Positions 49,066-60,100 of a DNA stretch of 64,000 nt are shown one piece after another. Position 1 is the stretch's first letter. Each line of letters begins with the position of its first letter. Location of the stretch: NCBI GenBank assembly GCA_047947115.1, contig CP170459.1, positions 4,032,001 to 4,096,000 of the forward strand, read 5' to 3'. The translations under genes were made by a program, and so were the position numbers. The notes beneath the pieces are model-generated. The model had not been told where the DNA came from. It saw only the letters and a list, made by a program, of their open reading frames with translations, and searched no databases. Source of the stretch: Verrucomicrobiota bacterium. GTDB lineage: Bacteria; Verrucomicrobiota; Verrucomicrobiia; Limisphaerales; AAA164-E04.

Positions 49066-49947
49066 ATGCGATTTGGAAGGAAACGGCCGACTGAATCCAT
49101 AGGGGCTAACGTGGTAAAAAAGCGTGTGTGGTGGCTTACCAAATTATTGTGCGCTCTTGGGCTGCTTTATTTTGCCTTGAAGTGGTTTGAGTGGTCTCAA
49201 ACCTACCAGCCCAGCCGGCGTGTGGTTTCATCCATCGATACCATTTCTCATGACGGACTTGAGTTTCAAGTATTGTCAGGAGGCAGGTATCAGGTTCAAG
49301 CTTGGCTTCTCCCGGCCGCCCGGGGCGCCGCCTATCAGGACTGGCTGGTGATCTTTGCTCATGGCAATGCCGGCAATATCAGTCACCGGCAATCCTTTTA
49401 CCAAACCTGGCTTCATCTTGGATTCAATGTGCTGGCTTTCGACTATCGCGGCTATGGTGCCAGCGAAGGGAGACCATCCGAATCCGGCACTTACGAGGAT
49501 CTCCGTTCGGTTCTGGATTGGGCATTGAAAAACGGGTTTCCTCAAGAACGTATTTTACTGCTGGGGAAATCACTGGGTGGCGGGGTTGCCTCCGAAGTGG
49601 CCAGGGATGGCAACAGCGCCGGCCTGATCCTGCATTCCACATTCACCAGCATTCCCGACATTGGGGCAGAACTATTCCCCTTCCTGCCTGTCCGCTGGCT
49701 CGCCACCATACTACATGACACATATGGAAAGTTGCATGACCTGCAAAAACCGGTCCTGATACTGCATAGTCGATCTGATTCTCTGATCTCCTTCCATCAT
49801 GCTGAACGCAATTACTCGGCAGCTCAATCGCCGAAGTGGTTGTTTGAAATTTCAGGTGATCACAATGATGACGAATGGGAAAGAGTCACCTCACTCGAAC
49901 CGGCCGTCACAACATTCATGCGACACCTGACCCTCTCTCAACAGTAG
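49066..49947 (+). CDS. Alpha/beta hydrolase (ABHD13/Bem46-like)
   Basis: HGNAGN, DYRGYG, GKSLG, GDHN; N-terminal TM helix. Confidence 0.9.
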   Translation: MRFGRKRPTESIGANVVKKRVWWLTKLLCALGLLYFALKWFEWSQTYQPSRRVVSSIDTISHDGLEFQVLSGGRYQVQAWLLPAARGAAYQDWLVIFAHGNAGNISHRQSFYQTWLHLGFNVLAFDYRGYGASEGRPSESGTYEDLRSVLDWALKNGFPQERILLLGKSLGGGVASEVARDGNSAGLILHSTFTSIPDIGAELFPFLPVRWLATILHDTYGKLHDLQKPVLILHSRSDSLISFHHAERNYSAAQSPKWLFEISGDHNDDEWERVTSLEPAVTTFMRHLTLSQQ

Positions 49948-50012
49948 GTCCATCAGACGATCAATCCCGTATTAATCTCGACTCAAAGCCCTTACTTTCC
50001 TATCCCTTTCCT

Positions 50013-51314
50013 ATGACGAAGAAGTTTCCCCCAGGAAAACAAAGCATTGCCCATCTGTCCGAACTGGCCCAACGCATTGAAGCGCCCCCCATTTCATGGC
50101 TCATGGATCAAAAGCTGAAGTATCCGGATTTGATTTCACTTGCTGCGGGTTTTACGGATGGGCCCTCGTTGCCGGTGGAAGAGGTGCAGAAGATTTTCAA
50201 AACCATCACCCGCACCAAAAAGCGAAGCATGGAAATTCTCCAGTATGGCGTGGGCGCTGGACGCGACCTGTTAAGGGATTTGACCGCTTCCAACACAGCA
50301 AAACTGGATGAACAGGACGCGAATAATCCGGCCTATCATACGGATCGGATCCTCATCACCCACGGCAGTCAGCAGTTTCTTTATCTACTGAGTGAAGCGC
50401 TTTTTGAGAAAAACGATATCGTCATCCTGGAAGCGCCTACCTATTTCGTTTACCTCGGCATGCTGCAGAGTTTTGGGGTTCAAAGCAGGAGTATCCCGAT
50501 GAAATCTGATGGGATGGATATCGAACACTTGAAAGCAACTCTCGAATCCTTGAAAAAAAGCGGACGTCTTTCCAGTGTTAAACTGCTCTATCTGGTGTCC
50601 TATTTTCAAAACCCGACGGGCTATTCCACATCGTACGCCAAGAAAAAGGCAATCTTGAAACTGGTTCGTTCGTATGAGAAGCACGCGGGACATCCCATCT
50701 ATATTCTTGAGGATGCTGCTTATAGGGAACTCAAATTTCCAGCCACTCCCGAACAACCTTCCATGCTTTCCTTGCCACACGCTCGGGATCGAGTCATCTA
50801 CTCCAGCACATACAGCAAACCATTTGCCACGGGTATACGGGTTGGTTACGGATTTGTCCCCGAACCTCTCAGGACCATTTTGCTCCGCATCAAGGGGAAT
50901 CATGATTTTGGTACGGCAAATCTGCTGCAGGCAGTTGTAGAGGAAGCTTTGCGATCCGGACTTTACTCCGGTCATGTGCATCAGCTCCAGGCCGAATACG
51001 CAAAGAAATCCGAATGGATGTGTCAAAGCATTCGCAAGTATTTCTCAAGTCAAGTTCGCTGGAACCATCCGTCAGGCGGGCTTTACGTATGGGCTCAAGC
51101 CCCTGACCATGTGTCCACCGGTCCGGACAGCAGGTTATTCAAGGCCTGCCTGAAGGAGAGGGTCATGTACGTGCCGGGGAGTTATACTTACGGGGAAGAT
51201 TTGACACCTAACAAGCCGGATCAGTCCATGAGAATCAGCTATGGGAGTGCCTCTCGCAGTGAAATTCAAAAAGGCATCAAACGACTGGGAGCCGCACTGC
51301 ATGCGGCGGAGTAA
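50013..51314 (+). CDS. PLP-dependent aminotransferase class I/II (LysN-like)
   Basis: LQYG, GSQQ, FQNPTG, EDAAY, YSK…G-RVG. Confidence 0.9.
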   Translation: MTKKFPPGKQSIAHLSELAQRIEAPPISWLMDQKLKYPDLISLAAGFTDGPSLPVEEVQKIFKTITRTKKRSMEILQYGVGAGRDLLRDLTASNTAKLDEQDANNPAYHTDRILITHGSQQFLYLLSEALFEKNDIVILEAPTYFVYLGMLQSFGVQSRSIPMKSDGMDIEHLKATLESLKKSGRLSSVKLLYLVSYFQNPTGYSTSYAKKKAILKLVRSYEKHAGHPIYILEDAAYRELKFPATPEQPSMLSLPHARDRVIYSSTYSKPFATGIRVGYGFVPEPLRTILLRIKGNHDFGTANLLQAVVEEALRSGLYSGHVHQLQAEYAKKSEWMCQSIRKYFSSQVRWNHPSGGLYVWAQAPDHVSTGPDSRLFKACLKERVMYVPGSYTYGEDLTPNKPDQSMRISYGSASRSEIQKGIKRLGAALHAAE

Positions 51315-51339
51315 GTTGATTGGGACAGGTGGTCTTACC

Positions 51340-52029
51340 CTACCACCCAAAGGCTCCGGGTTGGGATTTGATCACCTGAGCTGCGTTGCCTTTGTGCACG
51401 ATAAAGGGCTTGCCGGTTTCGGCGTCGTTGATAACCACCGCCAGTATTTTGCCGTTCTCAAACTGTGAAATGACATCGGAGCTTCTTCCCAGTAGTCGGA
51501 AGTCCGGTAAAAGCAGTGCAAAGGATGTGGCCTCGGATTCATTCCACAGCGACTGTCTTTGGATACCCTTAGGCAAACCGATCAGGCTGACCACCACTTT
51601 GTGATCTGCATGAGCATCGGCCAGACTCTGAAAGGATGCCGCATCAACAATAAAACTGAGGGGTGTTTTGGATTTTGGGGGGATGAAAACCGAGTTGGGA
51701 TCTTTGAGATAACTTTCGCTCAGTTCTGGGTAAACCTTGGTGACTGTAACGTTTTCCCCGAGCCCCGTCCGCAACCCATCATGGCCCATGGTGTCGTGGT
51801 CCTTGATTTTTTCGGTGGCATCAGGCCGTTGAACAAAGGGATTGCCCACCAGCAAAACGCTTTCACCGGGTTTATTGTCACGGATAAATTCACCCAGAAG
51901 TCGCATGGACTCGAAACGACCGTCAAGATGTAATGAATACGAGCTGGCCGGCCGCCAAAGAATCAACAGCACGATGGCTGCCACAGCAATCAGACTGATC
52001 GCGATGGCATTCGATTTCGTGATTTTCAC
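51340..52029 (-). CDS. Membrane-anchored hypothetical protein
   Basis: N-terminal TM helix; GTGA overlap with the upstream prepilin-type gene. Confidence 0.7.
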   Translation of the reverse strand: MKITKSNAIAISLIAVAAIVLLILWRPASSYSLHLDGRFESMRLLGEFIRDNKPGESVLLVGNPFVQRPDATEKIKDHDTMGHDGLRTGLGENVTVTKVYPELSESYLKDPNSVFIPPKSKTPLSFIVDAASFQSLADAHADHKVVVSLIGLPKGIQRQSLWNESEATSFALLLPDFRLLGRSSDVISQFENGKILAVVINDAETGKPFIVHKGNAAQVIKSQPGAFGW

Positions 52030-52694
52030 GGGAAATAACTTTCCTCGTCGTCTTCTCCGAACAACGCCTCGTAGCCAAGTTCTTCAAGACGGGAACGACT
52101 CATCGACTCAGTATGCCCATCGAAGAACCAACCGTTTGCCGCATTGTTGTGGCGGGCGTGAATTTCAGTGGCGGTTGCCTGCGTGAAGGTATGGAACTGT
52201 TCTGCGCCGATCCCGAGACGCCCACGGCTGCTAGTGTCCGCAATGTGAACGTAATCCGAAGGTTGGCGAATGTTGTCAACTTTCAGGAAGTTTTTGAACT
52301 CACCCGTTGTAAACTCCTCCGGGGGATCTATGCGGATACCGTAGGTACGAAACCAGTTGGTAAAAAACCTCGGTTTATAGGAAGGGCAAAGAAACAATTC
52401 CTCTGTTCCTAGATTTTGGTTGGAAAAAAGGACGGAACCCCAGGTAAAACTTGGGTTCAACGGATCATGCAGCTGGATCTTGCCGTCAAAGTCTTCGGCA
52501 TACATGATGGTGGCTAATCCCAACTGACGCAAGTTGTTCAAGCACTTGATTTGTCGGGCCTTTTCCTTGGCTTTTGACAGCGCAGGCAGCAACATCCCCG
52601 CCAAAATGGCAATGATGGCAATAACCACCAGCAACTCGATTAGGGTAAACCCCAACCTATGGTGTCGATTTACCCTGTCGCTAAGCCTCCTCAT
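52026..52694 (-). CDS. Prepilin-type N-terminal cleavage / H-X9-DG domain protein
   Basis: [37 protein letters not shown] is an exact H-X9-DG. Confidence 0.9.
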   Translation of the reverse strand: MRRLSDRVNRHHRLGFTLIELLVVIAIIAILAGMLLPALSKAKEKARQIKCLNNLRQLGLATIMYAEDFDGKIQLHDPLNPSFTWGSVLFSNQNLGTEELFLCPSYKPRFFTNWFRTYGIRIDPPEEFTTGEFKNFLKVDNIRQPSDYVHIADTSSRGRLGIGAEQFHTFTQATATEIHARHNNAANGWFFDGHTESMSRSRLEELGYEALFGEDDEESYFP

Positions 52695-52905
52695 AATGGT
52701 TGAAGCAGTCAACATTTGACGTGGAAAGATGAATGCGTCGACATTCGGTGTCAATAAGAATCTGGAAATCAATGCAGACCAACCGGTTCAACGCAGACTG
52801 GTTGATCCAATCACGGATCAACTCTCCAATTTCTATCATTGATGAACAAGGAACGACAGCCTCGGCTTGACGAAAGCAATAAAACTGGGAAATCTCCCTG
52901 TCTCA

Positions 52906-54294
52906 ATGTTTTTTAATTCAGAGACATTTCTATGGTTCCTGCTGGCCTTCACGCTGCTTTATTTCCTGGTGAGAAGGAGCCTGTCCCAACGCAACCTGTT
53001 AATCCTTGTTGCGAGCTATCTGTTTTATGGTTGGTGGGATTGGAGATTTCTCTTTTTGCTGCTCGGTTCCAGTCTGGTGGATTTCTACATTGGACTTCGC
53101 GTCAAGAAGGCCAGTGAATCGAAAGTGCGAAAGCGCCTGGTTGCAATCAGTCTTGCCGTCAATCTGGGGGCCCTCGGAGTATTCAAATACCTCGATTTTT
53201 TCATCGGATCCTTACAGACAACCCTCCAGACCATCGGGGTTCAGGCAAACCTTCCTTTTCTTGAAATTATTCTTCCTGTCGGCATTTCGTTTTATACCTT
53301 TCAAAGTCTGAGCTACACACTGGACGTTTACCGCAACAAGGTGGAGCCTACCCAAGACCTGGTCGCTTTTCTGGCATACGTTTCTTTTTTCCCACAGTTG
53401 GTGGCGGGTCCTATCGAACGCGCCAGCAACTTGTTGCCTCAGTTCCTGTCGGAACGAAAGGTCACAAAAATGGGATTCGAATCCGGCCTCTGGCTGGTCA
53501 TCTGGGGCATGTTCAAAAAAGTTGTCCTGGCCGATAATTTTGGTCTGTTATCGGATATGATTTACGGTCCTCACAGCGTGGATGGCGCCATTGTCGTGCT
53601 GGCAACCATTGCATTCGGAATGCAGATTTACTGTGACTTTTCGGGTTACTCCGATATCGCACGCGGATTGGCATCCATGATGGGGTTTCATCTCATGGTC
53701 AATTTCAACCTGCCCTATTTTGCAAAATCACCAAGCGACTTCTGGCGGCGCTGGCACATCAGCTTATCCACATGGTTCAGGGACTACCTCTACATCCCGC
53801 TGGGTGGCAATCGAGGTGCCTCGGGTAGTGTCATGCGAAACCTGATCATCACCATGTTGGTCGCCGGACTCTGGCATGGAGCCGGATGGAACTTTGTACT
53901 GTGGGGACTTTGGCATGGCATCATGCTGTGCTTGTTTCAGGCAACTTCACTGGATAAAAAAGTACCTGTGTTTATTGGATGGTTACTGACCATGATGGTG
54001 GTATTTTATGGATGGCTTATGTTTCGGGCTCAATCGCTTGACCACATCATGCAATTGACTTCGAACATTTTCGTATGGGAATTTCCTGAGTGGATTGGCA
54101 GTTATGTCCTGAATTTGGTGATCTTCACCCTGCCTCTGCTGGCCATGCAAATCTGGCAATATCGAACTCAAACGATCTATCCCCTTCTCCCTCACCGCGG
54201 CTGGCTCAAGGCTGGACTCATGACTCTTTGCGTGTTTTTCATCTCGGTATTCTGGAACCCGGCCGGCAGCCCGTTTATCTACTTCCAATTCTAA
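52906..54294 (+). CDS. MBOAT O-acyltransferase (AlgI/PatA-like)
   Basis: LPVGISFYTFQ, FFPQLVAGPIER, DFSGYSD, FWRRWHISL, GLWHGA, FIYFQF end. Confidence 0.95.
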   Translation: MFFNSETFLWFLLAFTLLYFLVRRSLSQRNLLILVASYLFYGWWDWRFLFLLLGSSLVDFYIGLRVKKASESKVRKRLVAISLAVNLGALGVFKYLDFFIGSLQTTLQTIGVQANLPFLEIILPVGISFYTFQSLSYTLDVYRNKVEPTQDLVAFLAYVSFFPQLVAGPIERASNLLPQFLSERKVTKMGFESGLWLVIWGMFKKVVLADNFGLLSDMIYGPHSVDGAIVVLATIAFGMQIYCDFSGYSDIARGLASMMGFHLMVNFNLPYFAKSPSDFWRRWHISLSTWFRDYLYIPLGGNRGASGSVMRNLIITMLVAGLWHGAGWNFVLWGLWHGIMLCLFQATSLDKKVPVFIGWLLTMMVVFYGWLMFRAQSLDHIMQLTSNIFVWEFPEWIGSYVLNLVIFTLPLLAMQIWQYRTQTIYPLLPHRGWLKAGLMTLCVFFISVFWNPAGSPFIYFQF

Positions 54295-54306
54295 AAGCCA
54301 TTCACC

Positions 54307-55278
54307 ATGAACAGTCACTACTACGAATTCGATACGCAATGGATCATCAAGCTGCTTGGCACCTTGATTGCGTTTATGGTTGGCGGAGCTTTGGTTTTGC
54401 GATTCGCAGCCCCCATCCTTCCATCGTCCCGCAACACATGGGATATGGATCGCACCATCATGGCGCATCAGGCCGACGCATCCGGTCGCGCGAATGATGC
54501 GGATATTCTGTTAATTGGTGATTCCTCCTGCCTCATGAACATCGATGCCTCGATTGCTTCAGAACACCTTGGAAAAAAAGTGCTCAATCTGGGAACTGTC
54601 AGTTTTCTGGACGTTGAAATGTTTGGGAATTTAGTGAAGCGATATTTGGAGAGCTGCTCCAAGTCACCTGACACGATCGTTTTGGTTACCCACCCGGATT
54701 TTCTTCGAAGGTCTTCCGCTTCCAGATCGCATGTTGCCTGGATGGAGCATTATCTGGCTGGAAGAGATGATCTTTCTCGAAGGCGCAATTGGAAATCCAT
54801 TGACCAATGGCTGGGAGCCCACATCCTTCAAGGAAGAATCCTGAAATATCTGCCGCGTCCGTTATCTGTGGAGTTTGGGCAACAGTTCGGCTTCACTCAT
54901 GACTTGGAAACCTACATGCATCAGCATGGAGGATCCGCCCTTGATCCTAGAACGTTGGATGCGGAAAAGTTAACGGGGAGCCGGGAATACCGCATATCCT
55001 CACCAAATAAAAAAGCAGCCTCCTTGTTTGCTCTGACAATCCCTGATAATACCAGGCTATTCATCGCACTCACACCACTTCCCGAAAGTTTCGTGAACGC
55101 TCAATTTTCCGACGATTTGGAAGCAATCAGAAAAGAATGGGCGACAACTTTGAGTGCCGACCGGGAACTTGCGGCCCTGCCCTTTTCCATGCCCGACGAA
55201 CTGTTTGCATCCAAGACACATCTGGCTCCTGCCGCCGTGGAAGATTATACCATCAATTTTGCGGAATCATTGAAGTGA
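54307..55278 (+). CDS. SGNH/DltD-like periplasmic partner of the MBOAT
   Basis: N-terminal TM helix, IGDSS, NLG, C-terminal HL; 12 bp downstream of the MBOAT gene. Confidence 0.6.
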   Translation: MNSHYYEFDTQWIIKLLGTLIAFMVGGALVLRFAAPILPSSRNTWDMDRTIMAHQADASGRANDADILLIGDSSCLMNIDASIASEHLGKKVLNLGTVSFLDVEMFGNLVKRYLESCSKSPDTIVLVTHPDFLRRSSASRSHVAWMEHYLAGRDDLSRRRNWKSIDQWLGAHILQGRILKYLPRPLSVEFGQQFGFTHDLETYMHQHGGSALDPRTLDAEKLTGSREYRISSPNKKAASLFALTIPDNTRLFIALTPLPESFVNAQFSDDLEAIRKEWATTLSADRELAALPFSMPDELFASKTHLAPAAVEDYTINFAESLK

Positions 55279-55328
55279 TGCCATTCAGATTCGCTTACTC
55301 GCGAGAATACCTTGCCATACCTAAACTA

Positions 55329-56477
55329 GTGTAGTCCGCCTTACAGATAGCATATTAAAAGAAATGTGTTAAAGTCGTTACATGCGAGTTGCTCCGCCCA
55401 TTGAATTGACAGCTAAAGAACGTAAAAAATTGGAAACCATTCGCCGTGGGCGAAGCAGTTCAGTGCGGGCACGTGAACGAGCCGCGATCATTCTGTTGGC
55501 CGCCGATGGATTGGAGAACAAAGAAATCGCCGATCAGCTCGGGCAGGATAAAATGAAAGTGGGACGTTGGAGAAAGCGATACTCCCAAGGCGGTCTTGAA
55601 GCTATTCTCAAAGACAAATCACGGCCTGGTCGAATCAAGCCTCTTTCAAAAGCAAAAGTAGCACTCATTATTAAGCTAACACTCAACGAAAAGCCTGAAA
55701 GCGCTACCCAATGGAGCCGAAGCTTGATGGCTCAAAAGGTAGGAGTAAGTCCCTCCAGTGTAGGTCGAATCTGGGCAGCCAACGGACTCAAACCGCATCG
55801 GATCAAATCATTCAAACTTTCAAACGACAAACAATTTCAAGAAAAGCTCGAAGACATTGTCGGCCTCTATCTAAGTCCTCCTGAGCATGCGTTGGTTTTT
55901 TCGTGCGACGAGAAGAGTCAAATCCAAGCGCTTGACAGGACTCAACCTGGTTTACCAATGAAGAAGGGACGACTGCGGACAATGACGCATGATTACAAAC
56001 GCAACGGAACGACATCACTTTTCGCGGCTATGAACACAGCCGACGGGAATATTATCGGAACCTGCATGAACAAGCATCGGCATCAGGAATGGATTCGGTT
56101 TCTTAATTTGATTGAAAAATCAACACCCAAAGGAAAAGAGATCCACTTGATCTGTGACAATTACGCAACCCATAAGCACGCCAAAGTCAAAGCGTGGCAG
56201 AAGCGACATCGTCGATTCCATTTCCACTTTACGCCCACCAGTGCTTCATGGTTGAACATGGTGGAACGTTTTTTCCGAGACCTGACGGTCAACACAATCA
56301 GAGGTGGGGTGTTCCATAGTGTTGGAGATTTAACCCGAGCTATCGAAGAGCATATTACCCATCACAACCAGAATCCAAAACCATTTGTCTGGACGGCTAA
56401 CGCGACGGACATTCTTGAGAAAGTTAAGCGTGGCCGAGAGAAACTTGTTAATATGCAGTCTGCTTGACGGACTACAC
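55329..56477 (+). mobile_element. IS630-family insertion sequence with TA target duplication
   Basis: Inverted ends (CTA)GTGTAGTCCGccttaCAGA / TCTGcttgaCGGACTACAC(TAG); TA at 55327-28 and 56478-79. Confidence 0.9.
55382..56467 (+). CDS. IS630 family transposase
   Basis: HTH N-terminus, DEKSQIQAL, HDYKRNGT, DNYATHK, SWLNMVERFF. Confidence 0.95.
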   Translation: MRVAPPIELTAKERKKLETIRRGRSSSVRARERAAIILLAADGLENKEIADQLGQDKMKVGRWRKRYSQGGLEAILKDKSRPGRIKPLSKAKVALIIKLTLNEKPESATQWSRSLMAQKVGVSPSSVGRIWAANGLKPHRIKSFKLSNDKQFQEKLEDIVGLYLSPPEHALVFSCDEKSQIQALDRTQPGLPMKKGRLRTMTHDYKRNGTTSLFAAMNTADGNIIGTCMNKHRHQEWIRFLNLIEKSTPKGKEIHLICDNYATHKHAKVKAWQKRHRRFHFHFTPTSASWLNMVERFFRDLTVNTIRGGVFHSVGDLTRAIEEHITHHNQNPKPFVWTANATDILEKVKRGREKLVNMQSA

Positions 56478-56567
56478 TAGCGTATTAGGTTCCTCCTGAG
56501 CCTGACTCATGCTTCTCGGCATGCGGTCCAACTTAAAAATCTACAAAGGAGGGTTTTATGTTTTTGT

Positions 56568-56903
56568 ATGGGATTAAAAAACTTCAAATATCACTATTGT
56601 GAAATGCGCGGGGTGAAACCTGATTCGTTTTCCAAATCCATCATTCTCGAAACGTGTTATCCACAGGCACGATCCTACTACAGCATCCTCTTGAAAATGG
56701 GTGACGCACGCACCGAGGCAGAAACTGTTTTAATACACGATCTGGCCGAAGCCGAATCAGTGCAGAAGATGGAGGCCATGATCAACGGGGTGTATTTCGC
56801 CTCATACTTGAAATCCCTCGGGACTTTTCGCAAAAAACTGAAACTGCGGCTTTCCGGCAGCAAAATTGTTTTGGTCGGACGTGAAGCATTTGCCTCACAA
56901 TGA
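56568..56903 (+). CDS. Hypothetical protein
   Basis: 111-aa ORF with AAGGAGGG upstream. Confidence 0.6.
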   Translation: MGLKNFKYHYCEMRGVKPDSFSKSIILETCYPQARSYYSILLKMGDARTEAETVLIHDLAEAESVQKMEAMINGVYFASYLKSLGTFRKKLKLRLSGSKIVLVGREAFASQ

Positions 56904-57100
56904 GCAGGCTCAGGCGAGCGTGCTTTTAACTCAACGGGTTTTAGCATGGTCTGGCATACGACCTGACAGATAACCATTTTTCGGATGCAGCCCTCGCAGG
57001 AACGTGCTTGATCTAAGCCTTTTTTGCAGTCATCATCATTCAAACACCCATCATGGAGCCAAACTGATTTCGAACTTCATGACACGTGGTGCTCTTGATC

Positions 57101-60100
57101 ATGAAAAACACGCATGCCCTTCATTACAACAGGTCGGCTTTTCAGCGACTCTCCGCTGTTTGCCTGAATACCCTGGTTTGCCTTTTTTCCTATGCTTGGA
57201 TCAACGCTGCCAGCAGTGAATCGATCTCCTTTGCCCGCCAAATCAGACCCATCCTTTCCGACGCTTGCTTTCAATGCCATGGCCCCGACGCGAACAAACG
57301 GAAAGCAGGTCTGCGTTTGGACCAGGAAACGTCCGCCAAAAAGCAAATTGACGGAGTCTGGATCATCAAAGAAGGCGCCCCCCATGACAGTGATTTCATC
57401 GATCGTATCTTTACCTCGGATCCGGATGAAATCATGCCTCCGCCAAAGTCGGGGAAAACATTAAAAGAGGAAGAGAAGGCAATGCTGAAAACCTGGATTG
57501 AGCAAGGAGCTCCCTGGGAAATGCATTGGTCTTTCGAACCCCTCCATCGTCCGATTGTGCCGATCGTGAAGGATTCCGAGTGGCCGGTCAATCCGATTGA
57601 CTTTTTCATTTTATCGAAACTGGAGAAGGAAGGCATCCGCCCATCCCTTCCAGCTAATCTAAATACACTTGCTCGCAGACTTCATTTGGATCTGACCGGA
57701 CTACCACCTACGGTCGAAGTTACGAGACGATTTGTGGACTCTGAAGATCCGCTGGACTACGAGCGAATGGTGGACTCCCTGCTTGCGGACAAAGCCTATG
57801 GAGAAAAACTGAGTACCCATTGGCTGGACCTGGTTCGATATGCAGACACGGTTGGATATCATGGCGACCAACCCTATACCGTGTGGCCATATCGTGATTA
57901 TGTGATCGACGCCTTCAATTCCAACATGCCATTTGACCGCTTTACCCGGGAACAAATTGCTGGCGACCTTTTACCGAATGCCACACGCACCCAGAAGGTG
58001 GCTTCAGGGTTCAATCGATTGCACATGATCACCGCGGAGGGAGGCGCTCAAGACAAGGAATATCTTGCAAAATATGCGGCCGACCGAGTGCGGACCACCG
58101 CCGGTGTTTGGTTGGGGGCGACCATGGGGTGCGCCGAATGCCACGATCACAAGTATGATCCTTATACGATGAAAGACTTTTACAGCCTTGCCGCCTTCTT
58201 CGGAGATTTGAAGGAAAAAGGTTTTTATGGAGGATCTGTCTGGGAACCCGAGATGCCCCTCCCTTCCAATTCCCAGGAACAGGAGCAGGACCAGCTTCTG
58301 ACGAGAGTTGACACTCTTCAGAAACAATTGGCAACTCCCACCAAGGAACTGACACAAGCACAATCGGCATGGGAAACATTGGTACAAGATTTGGCATCAC
58401 AAGGTCGCCTTACCTGGATTCCGATTCAGCCCGAACAGATTGCCAGTGAGAATGGAACTGAATGGATTCAGCAGGCCGATCTTTCCATCCTCACACGCGG
58501 TCCGAATCCTGAACAGGAAACCTTCACCTTACAATGGGAACCGGGCCAGGAAGAAGCCATCACCGGACTGCGGTTGGAAGCTCTCACCCATCCATCCATG
58601 GACAAGATGTCTCTTTCCAGAGGCGGCGGCAACTTTGTGCTGAGCGAAACGATCCTGACAGTTGTTCGAGGTGATAATGAAATCCCGATCAAGATCGAAC
58701 ATGCGGAAGCCGACTTCGCTCAGAATAATTTCGACGCTCGCCGCGTTCTCGATGGGAATGAAGAAACAGGATGGGCTGTCGACGGCGCCAACAAGAAGGA
58801 AAACCGGCAACTCCTCCTCACATTACAGGATGCATTCCACCCGCAAACATCCGACACCTTGAAGCTGAGATTGAAATTCACCTCAAAGCACAAACATCAT
58901 GTGATGGGAAGATTTCGTCTGACTTCAACATCGGTTCCCGATCCCGTTTTGAGTGAAACAGGTTTGTCGGATGAGATCTATGGCATTGTCACCAAACCAT
59001 CCACGGATCGAACGGAAGATGAAACAGCTCAACTGACCAAACATTTCATGGATCGCACTCCTTTGCTGGATGAAGCACGCACTCAACTGGCATCCGTAAA
59101 AAGGCGATTGGACACGCTCAAAAACGAGATTCCTACCATGCTGGTTTCCATGTCGGTCAAACCTCGGGTCATGCGCATCCTTCCTCGAGGGAACTGGATG
59201 GATGATTCCGGCGACATCGTGCAGCCTGCGATTCCGGATTTTCTGGATTCGGAAGGGTTGAACAAAGAGGAAAGCCCACTGTCCCGGATGGATCTGGCCA
59301 ATTGGCTTGTCTCGGATAAAAACCCTCTCACCGCACGCCACTTCGTGAATCATTTGTGGAAAATCTATTTTGGCTATGGCCTTGCAAGGGTTATGGAAGA
59401 TACTGGATCGCAGGGAACACCCCCTACTCACCCGGAATTGATCGACTGGCTGGCATCGGAATTTATCCGTAGTGGCTGGGACGTCAAACACATCGTTCGC
59501 CTGATGGTCACGTCCCAAACCTATCGTCAAACCTCAACACCCAGCGACTGGCTGATGGAGCGCGATCCCTACAACCGACTTTATGCACGACAGTCGAGAT
59601 TTCGTCTGGATGCAGAAATCATACGGGACCAGGCGTTGGAGGTGTGCGGTCTGTTGATGGATCAGGTTGGTGGACCCAGCGTCAAACCGTACCAACCGGC
59701 AGGTTATTATTCCCAGCTCAATTTCCCCAAGCGAACATATCAACATGACACGGGTTCCTCCCAATACAGAAGAGGGCTCTACACCCACTGGCAACGCACA
59801 TTTCTGCATCCCATGCTGAAAGCTTTCGATGCACCAACCCGTGAGGAGTGCACCGCTCAACGCCCTCGATCCAATACTCCCCTACAGTCACTGAACCTGC
59901 TGAATGATCCATCATTTGTGGAGGCTGCCCGCACCTATGCCGCTGAAATTTTAACCTCCGGCAGAGGTTCGGATCGTGAACGTATTCGAAGCGCATTCGA
60001 AAAAGTCACCTTAAGGCCTCCCAGTCACAAAGAACTTCAAATACTTGAAGACCTGCTAAATGACATGAGGGACGGATACCGGACAAATCCGGAACGGGGC

